A DNA stretch of 64,000 bases from the human T2T-CHM13v2.0 reference genome, Homo sapiens. Made by a program: the position numbers and the translations under genes. This document shows positions 13,231-24,640 of this stretch, in pieces. The notes beneath the pieces are model-generated. The model was given only the letters and a program-made list of their open reading frames with translations. It was not told the DNA's origin and made no database searches. Numbering within the stretch: position 1 is the first letter of the stretch; each line of letters opens with the position of its first letter. Where the stretch lies: the NCBI RefSeq assembly GCF_009914755.1, contig NC_060934.1; one strand, given 5' to 3'.

Positions 13231-14479
13231 TTTGAGACTGCTTCCCGGTATTGTTGGGTCTGCCAATTTTTCAGGAGAAATGAGTAATAAGGATTTTTAT
13301 ATAAAAGCTCGTAACTTTTTTCACCTTGGCAACTCATTTGTATTTTAAAATTGTGACTCAAAAGGATCATATGTGCAAGCCAAACTGAGTCACTGAGCCA
13401 CCGTTTTGTGACTCCTATATTAAAGTCTATGTTCCAACGTTATTTTAAAAGGAAAATATTTGGTGGCAAGGAGGAAAGAGCAAGTACCCAAATGCCCATC
13501 CTCAAGTGACCTTCTTAAGACTGCAGTGGGATGGTTTCACTCCTCATTTACTAAAACACTGCATCTGAAGGTTTCTACAAGCTAGAATTCATTAACTTCT
13601 TTTGTTGCTTTTTTGCAGTGGAGGGTGCAAACTCGATACGAGATCATCATAATCTACTTTTCCATTTTTACAAAGCTTGTTTAGTTTCATTCAAATCTCC
13701 AATGTCCTTTCTGTGGTTTTTTGCAGTCTTCATCTATTTGAGATCCCCTAACTGACAGCATTTGCTTTGACACATCACATGCCATGGAAAATTACAGCCT
13801 GGTGTTGTAGCTGATTGTGTCAGCATGTATTTGTGAATACCATAAAGCACTGAAATGAGACATATTGCACTCCCTAATATAGGAGGTAATTTGTTTTTTG
13901 GACGGCCTGATATTTGTGACATTCATTAGTGAGAGATGCAATAGGAAATAGAATTACACAAATGGGAGTTTCATGTTATATTTGCTATCTGGGAGGTATA
14001 CGTGATATATGGTTCTCCTGTGCTCCCCAGCCTCCTGTACTTGGTGCTGAGATGCTGTTTCAAGCTTTTGTGTCTCACAGTCTGGACAAGGGCACAAGCT
14101 TCTTCTCCAGGAGACCTGATTGGAGCACAGGGAGAGGGAAGGTTCAGTCCCATTAATCCTAATTTCCCTTCTCAGGTGTACCCAGTTCTCAGGATACTCT
14201 TGAACAACCGGGAGATTCTGTGAACTGAGTAGGGAGGTATTTTTCCCCCACAACTCAATCATGGCAATCTTTCCCCAATTTGCAGAAATAAATTTAAGTT
14301 ATTAGAGCACTCAGTTTAAGAATTCTTTTTCCTTCCAACAGCCCATGTTTTCTTTTTCCCAAAAGCTTCTGTAGCCAGTATGGCTTAGTTTGCTAGAGTG
14401 GATGGGGAGGAAGAGGACCCTAAGTATCCACGGTCACATGTCATCGTTCTGTGCTCAGTGTATCAGGCTTAACCTAGGC

Positions 14480-14960
14480 AAATAATTAAGAGTGCAAGCT
14501 CCAACTTCCTGGCTTTATTCCTCACTAGCAGTATGGCTTTGGGCAAGTTAGTTAGCCAAGTTGTGCCTCAGTTTCCTCATATGTAAAGTGGGAAAGAGTA
14601 ATGCTACCTATCTCATGGGGTTGCGTGAGAGTTTAACAAGTTTTAGATACAGAGAACCTAGTACCTAGAATAGTGCTGGGGTGTAATAAACCCTTCTCTG
14701 TAAGAATGTGGTAGTATTATTAAATTTGGTAGAAAGAGAGTGGATTTTAGAAAAGGAAAGACCAGTTCCACTCTGGGCTCCACCACTTACTTATGTGCCT
14801 CATGGCCTTGGACAAATCACTTATCTCGATTTTACAGATGAGGAAACCAAAGCTCTGAGTGTTTGAGAAGACTTACCTTCCAGGGTTATTTTGAAGAGCA
14901 GCAATAAAGAATGTAGCACACCTAGAACAGGCCTGGCTTTGACTAGGAACTCATTCAATG
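14480..14960 (+). mobile_element. MIR SINE fragments (two adjacent)
   Basis: gggcaagttagttagcc...gcctcagtttcctcatatgtaaagtggg, plus a second MIR-like copy. Confidence 0.75.
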
Positions 14961-15760
14961 AAGACAATAGGCTTATATAACTAATGATAGACCTTCACAA
15001 TTAATAATGTACTTAAAATATTTTATGCAATATTACTGTTGAGCTGAATGACCTGTCTGAACATTTGCATCACATTTTCTGCTAGTAAATTTCTCCAAGT
15101 TCATAAGATAGAATCAAATACAATAATATTCCATGTTGTGCTGCAAAGGGCCCTGTGAATTCCTAGGCTGCTTAAACAGGTTTAAGGATACGAATAAAAA
15201 TGTCATGAAACATGTAGGCCAGTGAAATCCTGTGCTGCACTTACAGTGGCTTAACAATTGAAGCTGACAACTTCAGCCACTTACCTAGGAGGCCACAAAT
15301 AGAAATAGAGCCAGTTTCATATTCCATCTGAAATTAATCCCAACCTTTTGAAATTCTATTTGGCAGGGAGAGTAGTAGAAAACTGATAATTCTCAAGTAA
15401 ATTTCCCAGATAATATTAAGTAAAGAGCACTAGATAAGGAGCCAGTTGTCTTGTTATGTTGTTCTGAATCATCAGGAATCAGGATGACCTCGAGCAGTCA
15501 TTCAGCTCTCTGAGCCCCCATTTTCTCCCTCACAAAATAAATGAGCAGGTAACTAGGCTTCCTAGTTCTAAAATTTTATTATTCTCATTCAAAGATGTGG
15601 AATTCACTACATGAACTGGAGTCCGTGGAAGTTTTTCTTACACCAGTTGATGGCCATAGACATGTTAAGGAGTTTTGGGGTTATGGAAGCCTGCCTACTT
15701 CCGTGGGTCAAGGTGTCTACAGCCAGGCCAGAAAGAAAGCCAGTTGAAAATAAACTCTTA

Positions 15761-15892
<132 letters not shown>

Positions 15893-17559
15893 TCATGTTC
15901 TGAATAAAACCTTGAAGGCTACACCATACTGTTGTGTTTATAGGGGGCCCACTAGTCTAAAGCTTTCCCCAAAGATTTTGTCCAGAGTCCAATGTCCACT
16001 GCCCCATACATTTAGTTGGATAATGCCATCATTAAGCACTACTGCTTACTTCCCAGGCTGGCATGCTCCCAGTTGAGGAAATCAAAGCAAATCAAGGTAT
16101 TAGGGCCTGGGTTTATATAATGGAGCAGTCTAGCTGCCATCATGGGCACATGATTTGAAGCAAAGTCCATCAGAATAAATTCCTTTTGAAACTGCTATTG
16201 GTGGTCAACACGGAAGCATTATTGGCCTGATGAAGCTATTGCTACAACAATTTTCCATTAAATGACAGAGCATTAATGGGACCCCTATAGATATACATAA
16301 ACATCATGTACACACACCACATATTACCGCAGGGAATGGTACAAGATACCCGTAACCAATGCGGAAGCAAGCTGAACGTCTTCATGACATTGATAAGGAC
16401 ATGGAAATTGATTCCATGTACAGCCTTTATAGGAAGAATTGGATTTACCCAAACAGTTTTTTTTTTTAAGTCAGCAGTTGGATATACTTAACAATTCCAG
16501 TCTGCTGTTTATAAAAACGTACAGGGTGTTTGAATAAGATGTGTGTCTAGCATGTCCTAATTGAGGCAAATTGAGAAAACAAATGCAAACCTCCCCTTAA
16601 AAAAACTTGCCCTGCAGAGAAGTGGGAACCTAAATATACATTGTCCTATTTCAAAGTGGCATAAATAGATTAGCGGACCAAGTTGTGTTTGGACTGACAG
16701 AAGAGATAAATGTATCCTAATCTAATAAATGGATGAAACAAACAAGTTTAATTTTCTGCAGATCAAAAGCAGAATACAAGATTGTCTGATGCAGAGACTG
16801 AGAAAAGACTTCAGGCTTAATGGATACTGAATTCAGGGATTCTGAATAAAACAACAGATACAACAGAGGTATTCCTTGTTCTGAAAAGATGTTGCTTAAT
16901 AAGGTAATAGATATTTGGAATCAGTCTAAAGGAAGTTCTCAGCTGCCCCAAACAATCAAAATATAGAGGATGGTAATTAACACATAATCTTTTTTCCTAC
17001 TGATAAACCATTCCAGAGAAGTGTTGTGGTCATGAAGTGATACGTCTGTAGTCATACAGGAAGGACCCAGGTGAACCTTTGTTCACCTGGTTGGGAGACC
17101 TCCGAGCAGATCATTATTGCAAAATAATTTTTTGTGGTCACAAGAACATCTACCATTACTTATAACAATACCTGACAGGAGGAAACTGTACTTGTGTCAT
17201 GACTATTATTAACACTCAATAATACCAAAAGGCTATGAAGATTTAACTGTTCTGCCCTACAACCACAGGCAGCAGTGAGATTCCTCCCAAATCAGACAGC
17301 AGCAGTCCACACTAATAGCACGGCCTGCACTGAGCAGCGGCTCTCCATAAGCACCTCCTAATGACCCCTCCGCCAACTCTTCACATGGGTATAACAAGCC
17401 CTCTGACTTCATGCAATCACGAGGGTGAAGTGTTAGAGCTCATACAGTTTAGATGAATTTATCTTTCAAAGCCAATTCAGTGTGATGTTTTAGAAAGGCA
17501 GGATTATAAATTTTGCACATTTTTTTTACCTCCTTTCCTGCAAGGCAGTTTTTACATGC

Positions 17560-17740
17560 CCTGGCTCTGCAATCAGAATTTGGGTCCAAATTCCAACACT
17601 ACCACTTAATAGCTGTTTGACTTTGGGCCAGTTACTAAATATCCCTAGAACTCAACTTTCTTACCTACAAGAGGTGGATAATGGTAACAATAATCTTTAG
17701 AGAATTAAGAGAGATGATGTATAGAAGGCTCAATGCATGT
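17560..17740 (+). mobile_element. MIR SINE fragment
   Basis: tgggtccaaattccaacactaccacttaatagctgtttgactttgggccagttact. Confidence 0.7.
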
Positions 17741-17954
17741 GGGTTATTGTTCCTTTTTTTAATTCTTGCAAAAAAAAATCCAAAGTGTATTTCATTTTCA
17801 ACAAAGTTATCACAGATTTTCTCTAGCTGACCCCATGGAATATAATACAGTCTTCTTATCAAAATACCTTGCCCATTAATGAGATGAAATTATAGGGTAA
17901 AGAACTGTACGCTACAGAATAATGTATAAGGACATACACAAAAAATTCCATGCA

Positions 17955-18057
17955 CTGGCTTTGCAAATGCAGGTAAGCCTCACACTTCTCATCTGTAAAA
18001 TGGGTCCTGGCTTTGCAAATGCAGGTAAGCCTCACACTTCTCATCTGTAAAATGGGT
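17955..18057 (+). repeat. Perfect 51-bp direct tandem duplication (period 52) within a MIR remnant
   Basis: ctggctttgcaaatgcaggtaagcctcacacttctcatctgtaaaatgggt at 17955-18005 and 18007-18057. Confidence 0.95.
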
Positions 18058-21000
18058 GAATAATCGCTAGCTTACAATGCCTCTAAGAGAGTTAAAGTAT
18101 GTACTATGTGCTACATGACTGACACATAGAAGGTCTTAAATTCTTAGTTGCTACTCTCAGTGAGCTAGGTGATTATAAAACTGAGAGGTAAAAAAATCCT
18201 CACAGCACCATCACCCTCCACTTTGTCCCTGCTGCTAATAAATGACCCAGGAGGTGCCGTATTGGCATTGAAAGACTTTTCCACTGACTGCAAGGAAATC
18301 CAAAGCATTTTATCCCTGCACAATATCTGGTGATGGGCTAATTTAGACTGACTTTTGTCTGCACAGTGAAGTATCCTGTGTTCCTTAAATCTATGGCTGA
18401 TTGTGTAAGGAATCGAAAGCATCTCTAATTACCTCACAGATCATGTGGATTCCAGGATGCCCTCTTATTCCCTGTGAACAGGGGTGAGGGGGTTTAAATC
18501 ATCCCCATGTGAGGTGTAAGGCAGAACCATTTGCAGATACTAAGCTAAGGCTAAGGCAGCCTTCTGGGTGGGAATCTAAAGAATGGATCCAGTCCTTGAA
18601 ATAATGAAAGAAAGAAATCTAGATACATAAAGATGCTCTTGGCGCTGAAGCACCAGAAACTACATTACTGGTTTTTGTTTTTGTTTTTAATATTTTCGAC
18701 ATTAAGTCTTCTATACACATTCCAAATCTAGAAAGTTTAAATAAAATGCTAATCCCCGTCTTCTTCAAAATATAAAAAGACAAGGATTCTGGATAGTGAT
18801 AACCTTCTCCCCCTTTTGCCTACTATCTTTAGAATTCGTTATTGACCTTCTAATAGGAACACATAAATTTTTCCAAGGATCTCTGATCTCTTTAGGAGAG
18901 TATCCAATGTTAAGTTTGTTTTGTTCTACTGACTGCCAAAAGTCTCTCTCTCTGTGCGCCACTCTGAATCAGTTCTCTAGCTCCAACTTTATATAATTCA
19001 CTAGTTTATCAGAGATAAACTTCAACATGTGTCATGTGAAGAATCAGGAAAATCTCTAAGAGAAAAAGCCCATATATCCATTAACAGAATTCCAACAAGG
19101 ACATGTTGGCAGAGGTGGACTTTCCCTCATTTCAAGGAACATATAAATTATCCTTTCTTCTTTGACCTTACTGGTTTCAACAGAAAACATCCAGTGACAG
19201 CTGGAAGCACGGGGCTGGTGTGGTCCCTTGCTGTCTCTGTTTCTTTTGCTCTCAGACTAGTTTTAAGTCTCGACTTATTCTTTGTTTACTCACCTCCTAC
19301 ATGGAGCAAATACGTATTTTCTGTAAGGAACCCACAGTTGAGTAGAGGGGTACAAAACATGATCACATTCTATTTACCTTTGAGTTTCCTGGAGTAGCAG
19401 GCTTAGAGCCTTGCACGCAACAGGCACATTTCAACTATTTGTTGAATGAATAAAAAAAATAAGTTTTTAAAGCCTCAGTTCCATAAGTTTTCCTTTTTTT
19501 CACAAATAAGTGGAAAGGAGGTCACAGTTTTCTTTCAAAGAACAAGCTACAATTCTCATCAGTCAGGCCGATTAAAGGAGTGACCACACCTCTGCTAGGG
19601 CTAGGGGATTGGCCAATGATCTAGCAATCTCTCAGATGTGTTAAGTATGAATATGTAAATATCCCAATATGTAAACAGCCTGCCACTTGCAAAGTTGGGG
19701 CAATTGATTTCAACATTGAAAGCAAAACTTCAAAGAGAAATATGGGTTCCTAGACATAAAACACATCTACGTGCAATTGGCTAGCGGGGCTCAGTCCCGC
19801 AGGGAAATGCCTCTATCAGGTCCCTCCATGAGAGGAGCACCGCGTCTCAAGTTGTATCACATTTCACTGGGTATCTCTCGCTAAACACTGGTCAGGTTGG
19901 AAGACTGCAGCTTGATGGAGGAAAGTAATGCATTCCTTTCTCCACCACTTGTGCATAACTGGGGGACATCTAGTTTTGTCTTCAATCATTGTAAACTTTA
20001 CTTGTTTCCTGTTTCTGAAGACAACCTATGATTCGTAATTCAAGTGAAACAGATATTGTTTAAGGAAACTTCTATCCATTATGGGTAAATATGATACATA
20101 TATATTTCTCTCCTCTCCCTTTCATTTTTGGTAGGTGTAATGTACCATTCCTCAGGCAATTTTTAAAAAATAGCATGACTTATATGAGAACATACTTTGT
20201 GCTTGATAACGTAGTAATTATATTTGTGTCTAGCAAGCTAATGGGACTTCATTAACTAAAGCAAGCAAATAAGAACCATTTAGGGTTTCCATTCATGCTA
20301 TGCCCAGATGAATCATGCCATTGAGAAGAGGCTTCTTTGATCACACAAGTTCATATACAATGACTCTCAGTTGGAACTTTGTTTGAACCAATCCGTGTCC
20401 CCTCTCAGAGAGTATGACTGCATTTGTAGTTTACAGGCTATGTGCAGGCACAGTTCAGAGAAACCCCACATCTCAAATCTTATCACCTTTCTGGAACTTT
20501 TCATTTTTTCTGGGCTTTCAAATACATGCTGCTGCTGGAGTCCCACACAACTAGACACACACACTTTTACTTTAGGATACCATTGGAGACACAGTTGTGT
20601 ATTTCATATGTCAATATACTTAAGCCCAGTTCACTTACACACAGACAGCATGATAAAGATTGCTCCCAGTTGGTCAGACTCAAATGACTGCCACTGTGGT
20701 CCACCAGAGATACTGGTGAGGACTTACTCAGCCTGCATCCATCTCAGTAACTTTAGAAATGGCATTTTCAAATATATTTCGCACATACAAAAAAATATTA
20801 GCCATATGGGATGGGGAACAGAGAGGTGATCTAGAAAGGATAATGCTGGATATTTGGTTCTGGGAGCAAGCCAAATCATTTTCTGGTATACTTAGGACAA
20901 GTCATGCCTACATCACAACATGCCTTCACCACAAGATAAAAGGACTCAAAGGCCAAAAGCCAACAGCAGAGGTGCAACCACTGTGGACCTTTAAGATGCA

Positions 21001-21982
21001 AAGTGTTGCAGTAACTTCTTGCAGTTGGATCATATCAATAATACCAAACTGACAGGAAGCCACCTTTATTTATACACATGTACTCAAAAAAACAACAGAA
21101 GAATCAGATTTTGGAAAAAGATACAGACAAATACACACGCACAGACACACACACACACACAATTACAAACACAAACACATGACAGTGATTACAATCACAG
21201 AGAAAAGTAACTTGAAAAGATGAACAAGTAGGCATCTCAACAGTATGTTTTCAACAATATTGTCTTAGATAACACATTATTGAAAAGCTATCCTGGAACT
21301 ATTAACCCAAAAGTTTTTTTTTAAATGCCATTGATGATGATTTAGTCATGCTTCATGCAATGTAAAACAGCAGCAAAACAGGGTGAAATCACATGGTGAA
21401 AATTGAGAAACTTCATATTAAGAAATATGCCCAAACACACTAGGAAAAAAAAGCCATGAGTCTGTCTCAATAAACAGTACTAACTCTGTAAATCAAGTGT
21501 GATAATCTGGCAATTTAATAGCAGTGTTCTAAGACTATACTGAGCACTGCCCAAGAAATAAAATATTCAAAATGTTATCACCAAAATAAATGTAAGGAAA
21601 AATAGAAGTGTAAGGGCTTGGTCTCTGTTTTGTGGATAAAAGGACAGGAATTCTGCTCTATAGACAAGAAACTCGACACAGGGAGGAGGAGGTCACTGGG
21701 AATGTGGAAGTGGTATGTAGACAAAATGGCACTAGAGTGCAATGGACATCAAGACACGTCAGGACAATACAGAAACAGACACAAAGGGCTGGAGAGAAGC
21801 ATCCTCCTGTTCAACTTTAATAGTATTTGTTCCCATTATTGGTGCCATGACTGAAAACAGGAGTGTGCCTTTCCTTTCTTAGGTTTCCTGCAAAGAAGTT
21901 AGTGCGTCATCCAAAAGAACCAACAAATCAAACAGGAACAGAAATAGGCTACTTCCAATTTATGTACTCTAGTTGGAGAGGG

Positions 21983-22039
<57 letters not shown>

Positions 22040-22046
22040 TATATAA
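21983..22046. repeat. (GT)4(AT)19(AC)5 compound microsatellite, perfect palindrome over 21983-22036
   Basis: Direct reading. Confidence 0.95.
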
Positions 22047-22192
22047 TATAGATACACCAGACAAGGGAATGAGATTATATATACATATATATAATCTCTC
22101 TCTTCTTGAATTCTTGGCAAATGGTTAGTCCTGTGGTTAGGAGTGAAGATAGAGGGTGGAGGTTGGAAGAAAAGTTAACGAAGAGTGCATAC

Positions 22193-22204
22193 CGCTTTCG
22201 GCTT
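22193..22204 (-). CDS. KCNMA1: KCNMA1 alternative 12-nt microexon encoding the SRKR insert
   Basis: ttcttttcttgtcgttttgcag|AAGCCGAAAGCG|gtatgc; CG+A AGC CGA AAG CG+T gives R-SRKR, a known BK splice insert. Confidence 0.96.
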
Positions 22205-22736
22205 CTGCAAAACGACAAGAAAAGAATTTAAAATCAAACAATTTGATAATAAATCGACTGACACCAGAAGGAAAGAAGGAATAAAACCTTTGTTTCAAAT
22301 CACTTGAAGGATGCATGTGAAAACAAGGTTTTTTGGCAAAGCATGAAAACAGTATCATGGGGTGAAACCAACAACAAAGGCAGTTAAACACAGGTTAAAG
22401 AAGGTGGGAAGGAGAAACAGGTCCTTTGAATTTTCACACCCAGTCAGTTAGAAAATGTGAGAGGGAAAGAAGTGGGACATGTTTAAATAAAGAAAAACAT
22501 TAAAATTATTATCTCAGGGAAGATTTTAAAAAATGTGTGTTTTCACGTGGATATTGTGTTTGATAAGTCCTGTGTTTTCTCAGAGGCATGATCCACATTC
22601 CCTCAAACACACCTTTTTCCACAAGAACCAATGTGCTTCCACACTGAGACCAAGCCACATTTGAGAATTAAAGCTGGCAACTGCACAAAGAAAGCCCAAA
22701 CAAAGCCAAACAAGTCCTTTTTGCCCTTTTCTGAAG

Positions 22737-22768
22737 AAAAAAAAAAAAAATATATATATATATATATA
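22737..22768 (+). repeat. A14 run followed by (TA)9
   Basis: Direct reading. Confidence 0.9.
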
Positions 22769-24571
22769 CTAAAAACTATATCTACAAATATGGCTTTGTT
22801 GAAAACATCTCAGAATTGTGACTCAATTGAAGGGCCTATCCAAGAAAAGTTTCATCTTCAGGGAGTGCTCTGAGTTAGTTTTCTTAGAATAGTGACATTG
22901 AGTTCACAATGAACCATTAACAGCCTTTCGCTCTTTTTCTCTCCTTGGAACCAAAAGGCAACAAGTGAAAGACAACTGCTCAAGGTTCAGGGTGCAATCT
23001 CCTGCAGTCAGATTATTCCAGAATGGTCGAAAAACACTATGCAGCATCAGCATCACCCACATCATGACATTTTTTTTTGAAAGATGCACAAAAGTAAATA
23101 GAGAACACTGAGTTACACAAAGATTTGCGATTTCGCAACACGGGGAATATCATTTGCAAAAATCCAGGATACATACAGTTCCCCTACACAGGTACAAGTG
23201 AGTATTGGCAAAAACATGGGTAAACAGTAACCCCAGAAAATTCCACCTCATCTGCTGAACAACTAATAATCAGGACTGTCAGTTTTTGCAAACAATATTC
23301 TTCACTTTGCCAACATGAAAAAGAAAATATTTATCTATCTACATATTTGTTAACTGCTACAGCCATGTTCTACATATGGCCACCAAATCTACCATTTTTT
23401 TCTTCCTTTTGGTTGATTTGGGTTTTCAAAATAGCTTAACATTTGATCAGATTGACTTTGTGAGCAATCTGATCTGGTAGTTAAGGTAACAGAAAACATT
23501 GGATTGATCTGTTTACAATCCAGTGTTTTCTTTTCTTTTGTTTTGTCTTGTCATAGACACAGACTATACACTTGAAAGTCTGGCTGTATTGGGTTATTCA
23601 CCCAGATAAGGAAAACTCCTTAAATGATGATAAAAGGAAACGTCTAGTCTTCCCCTGTACTCTGCTCAGTTATTAAGGTGTTTGTTGGAGGGGATCTGCA
23701 CTCTACATTTGGGCATCTGCAGGATCAAAAATATGAACTATAGAGGAATAGACTGTGGGTGTCATTTCAGAGAACAAAAGCTTGAGCATTTCTCAATGAG
23801 CTCTCTTTCTTCCAAAACTATTGACAAGAACTGGGGAGCAAAAAAATCATCTCTATTTTATCTGTAAGGTGTACAGTACTCCATCAGCAAAATTTCTTGT
23901 TAGCACGATGCTTCCCACCTCCAGTGTGAACTCACATATTGACTGGGATGTTATCTATTTCAACCAGACCCAGTCCCTCATCAGTCTGATTTGCACATAA
24001 TTAAGTGTAAAATAAATAAATAAAGAGAGCTCCTGCCTCTGAGCTCCACTCTCCTGGCTCATTTACATGAAGCTGATATTCTGCCACCTGGATTTTGGTT
24101 GCACCGGGAGAAGCACATATGGTACACAATAGGCTGCTTGTAATTTGGCTATCAAGAGAGTTGGTGTCTCCCCTCACAGCTCTACCCCAAGGCTGCTGTA
24201 AAGGAGGCCAGAGTCCACCTGCTTTTTTGCTCACAGCAGTAAAAAGGGGTTTTAAGTTCTGGTTTAATACTTAGAAGGTGAAAAGTCCAGGTCGGCATGA
24301 TCAGGTGGAGATATTTTGAGGACTCATCCCTCTTCCCTGGAGAAACACTCTCTGAATGCCCAGCAGGGCTTTGGGTGCCAGGCTGGTCTGGCATAGAAGC
24401 TGCAGTGTCTGATGGGGCATGCCTCGAAATGTGCTCTAGGGTCAGAGAGGTTTTACATCTGGTTCCATGCAGATAAATAATGCACAAGAAAGCAGAAGTG
24501 AACCGACCGTTCTCAGAACGCACTCTCACCATCAAAAGTGTCAGCTGGCTGCTGGGTCACCGCAAACTTAC

Positions 24572-24640
24572 CGGCTCTCTCGGTTGGCAGACTTGTACTC
24601 AATGGCTATCATTAGGAGCTTGAGCTTCACAAAACACAGC
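24572..24640 (-). CDS. KCNMA1: KCNMA1 constitutive coding exon (69 nt, ~exon 16): (E)[22 protein letters not shown](R)
   Basis: Acceptor ctccatctcattgcag|G CTG TGT; donor AGC CG|gtaagt; phase 2-2; the peptide is visible at the end of ORF 24568..24756(-). Confidence 0.98.

Noticed and set aside
17955-18057. Direct repeats as a CRISPR-like array (also 37522-37634)
   Set aside because: Only two adjacent copies, no spacers, eukaryotic intron; these are simple tandem duplications.
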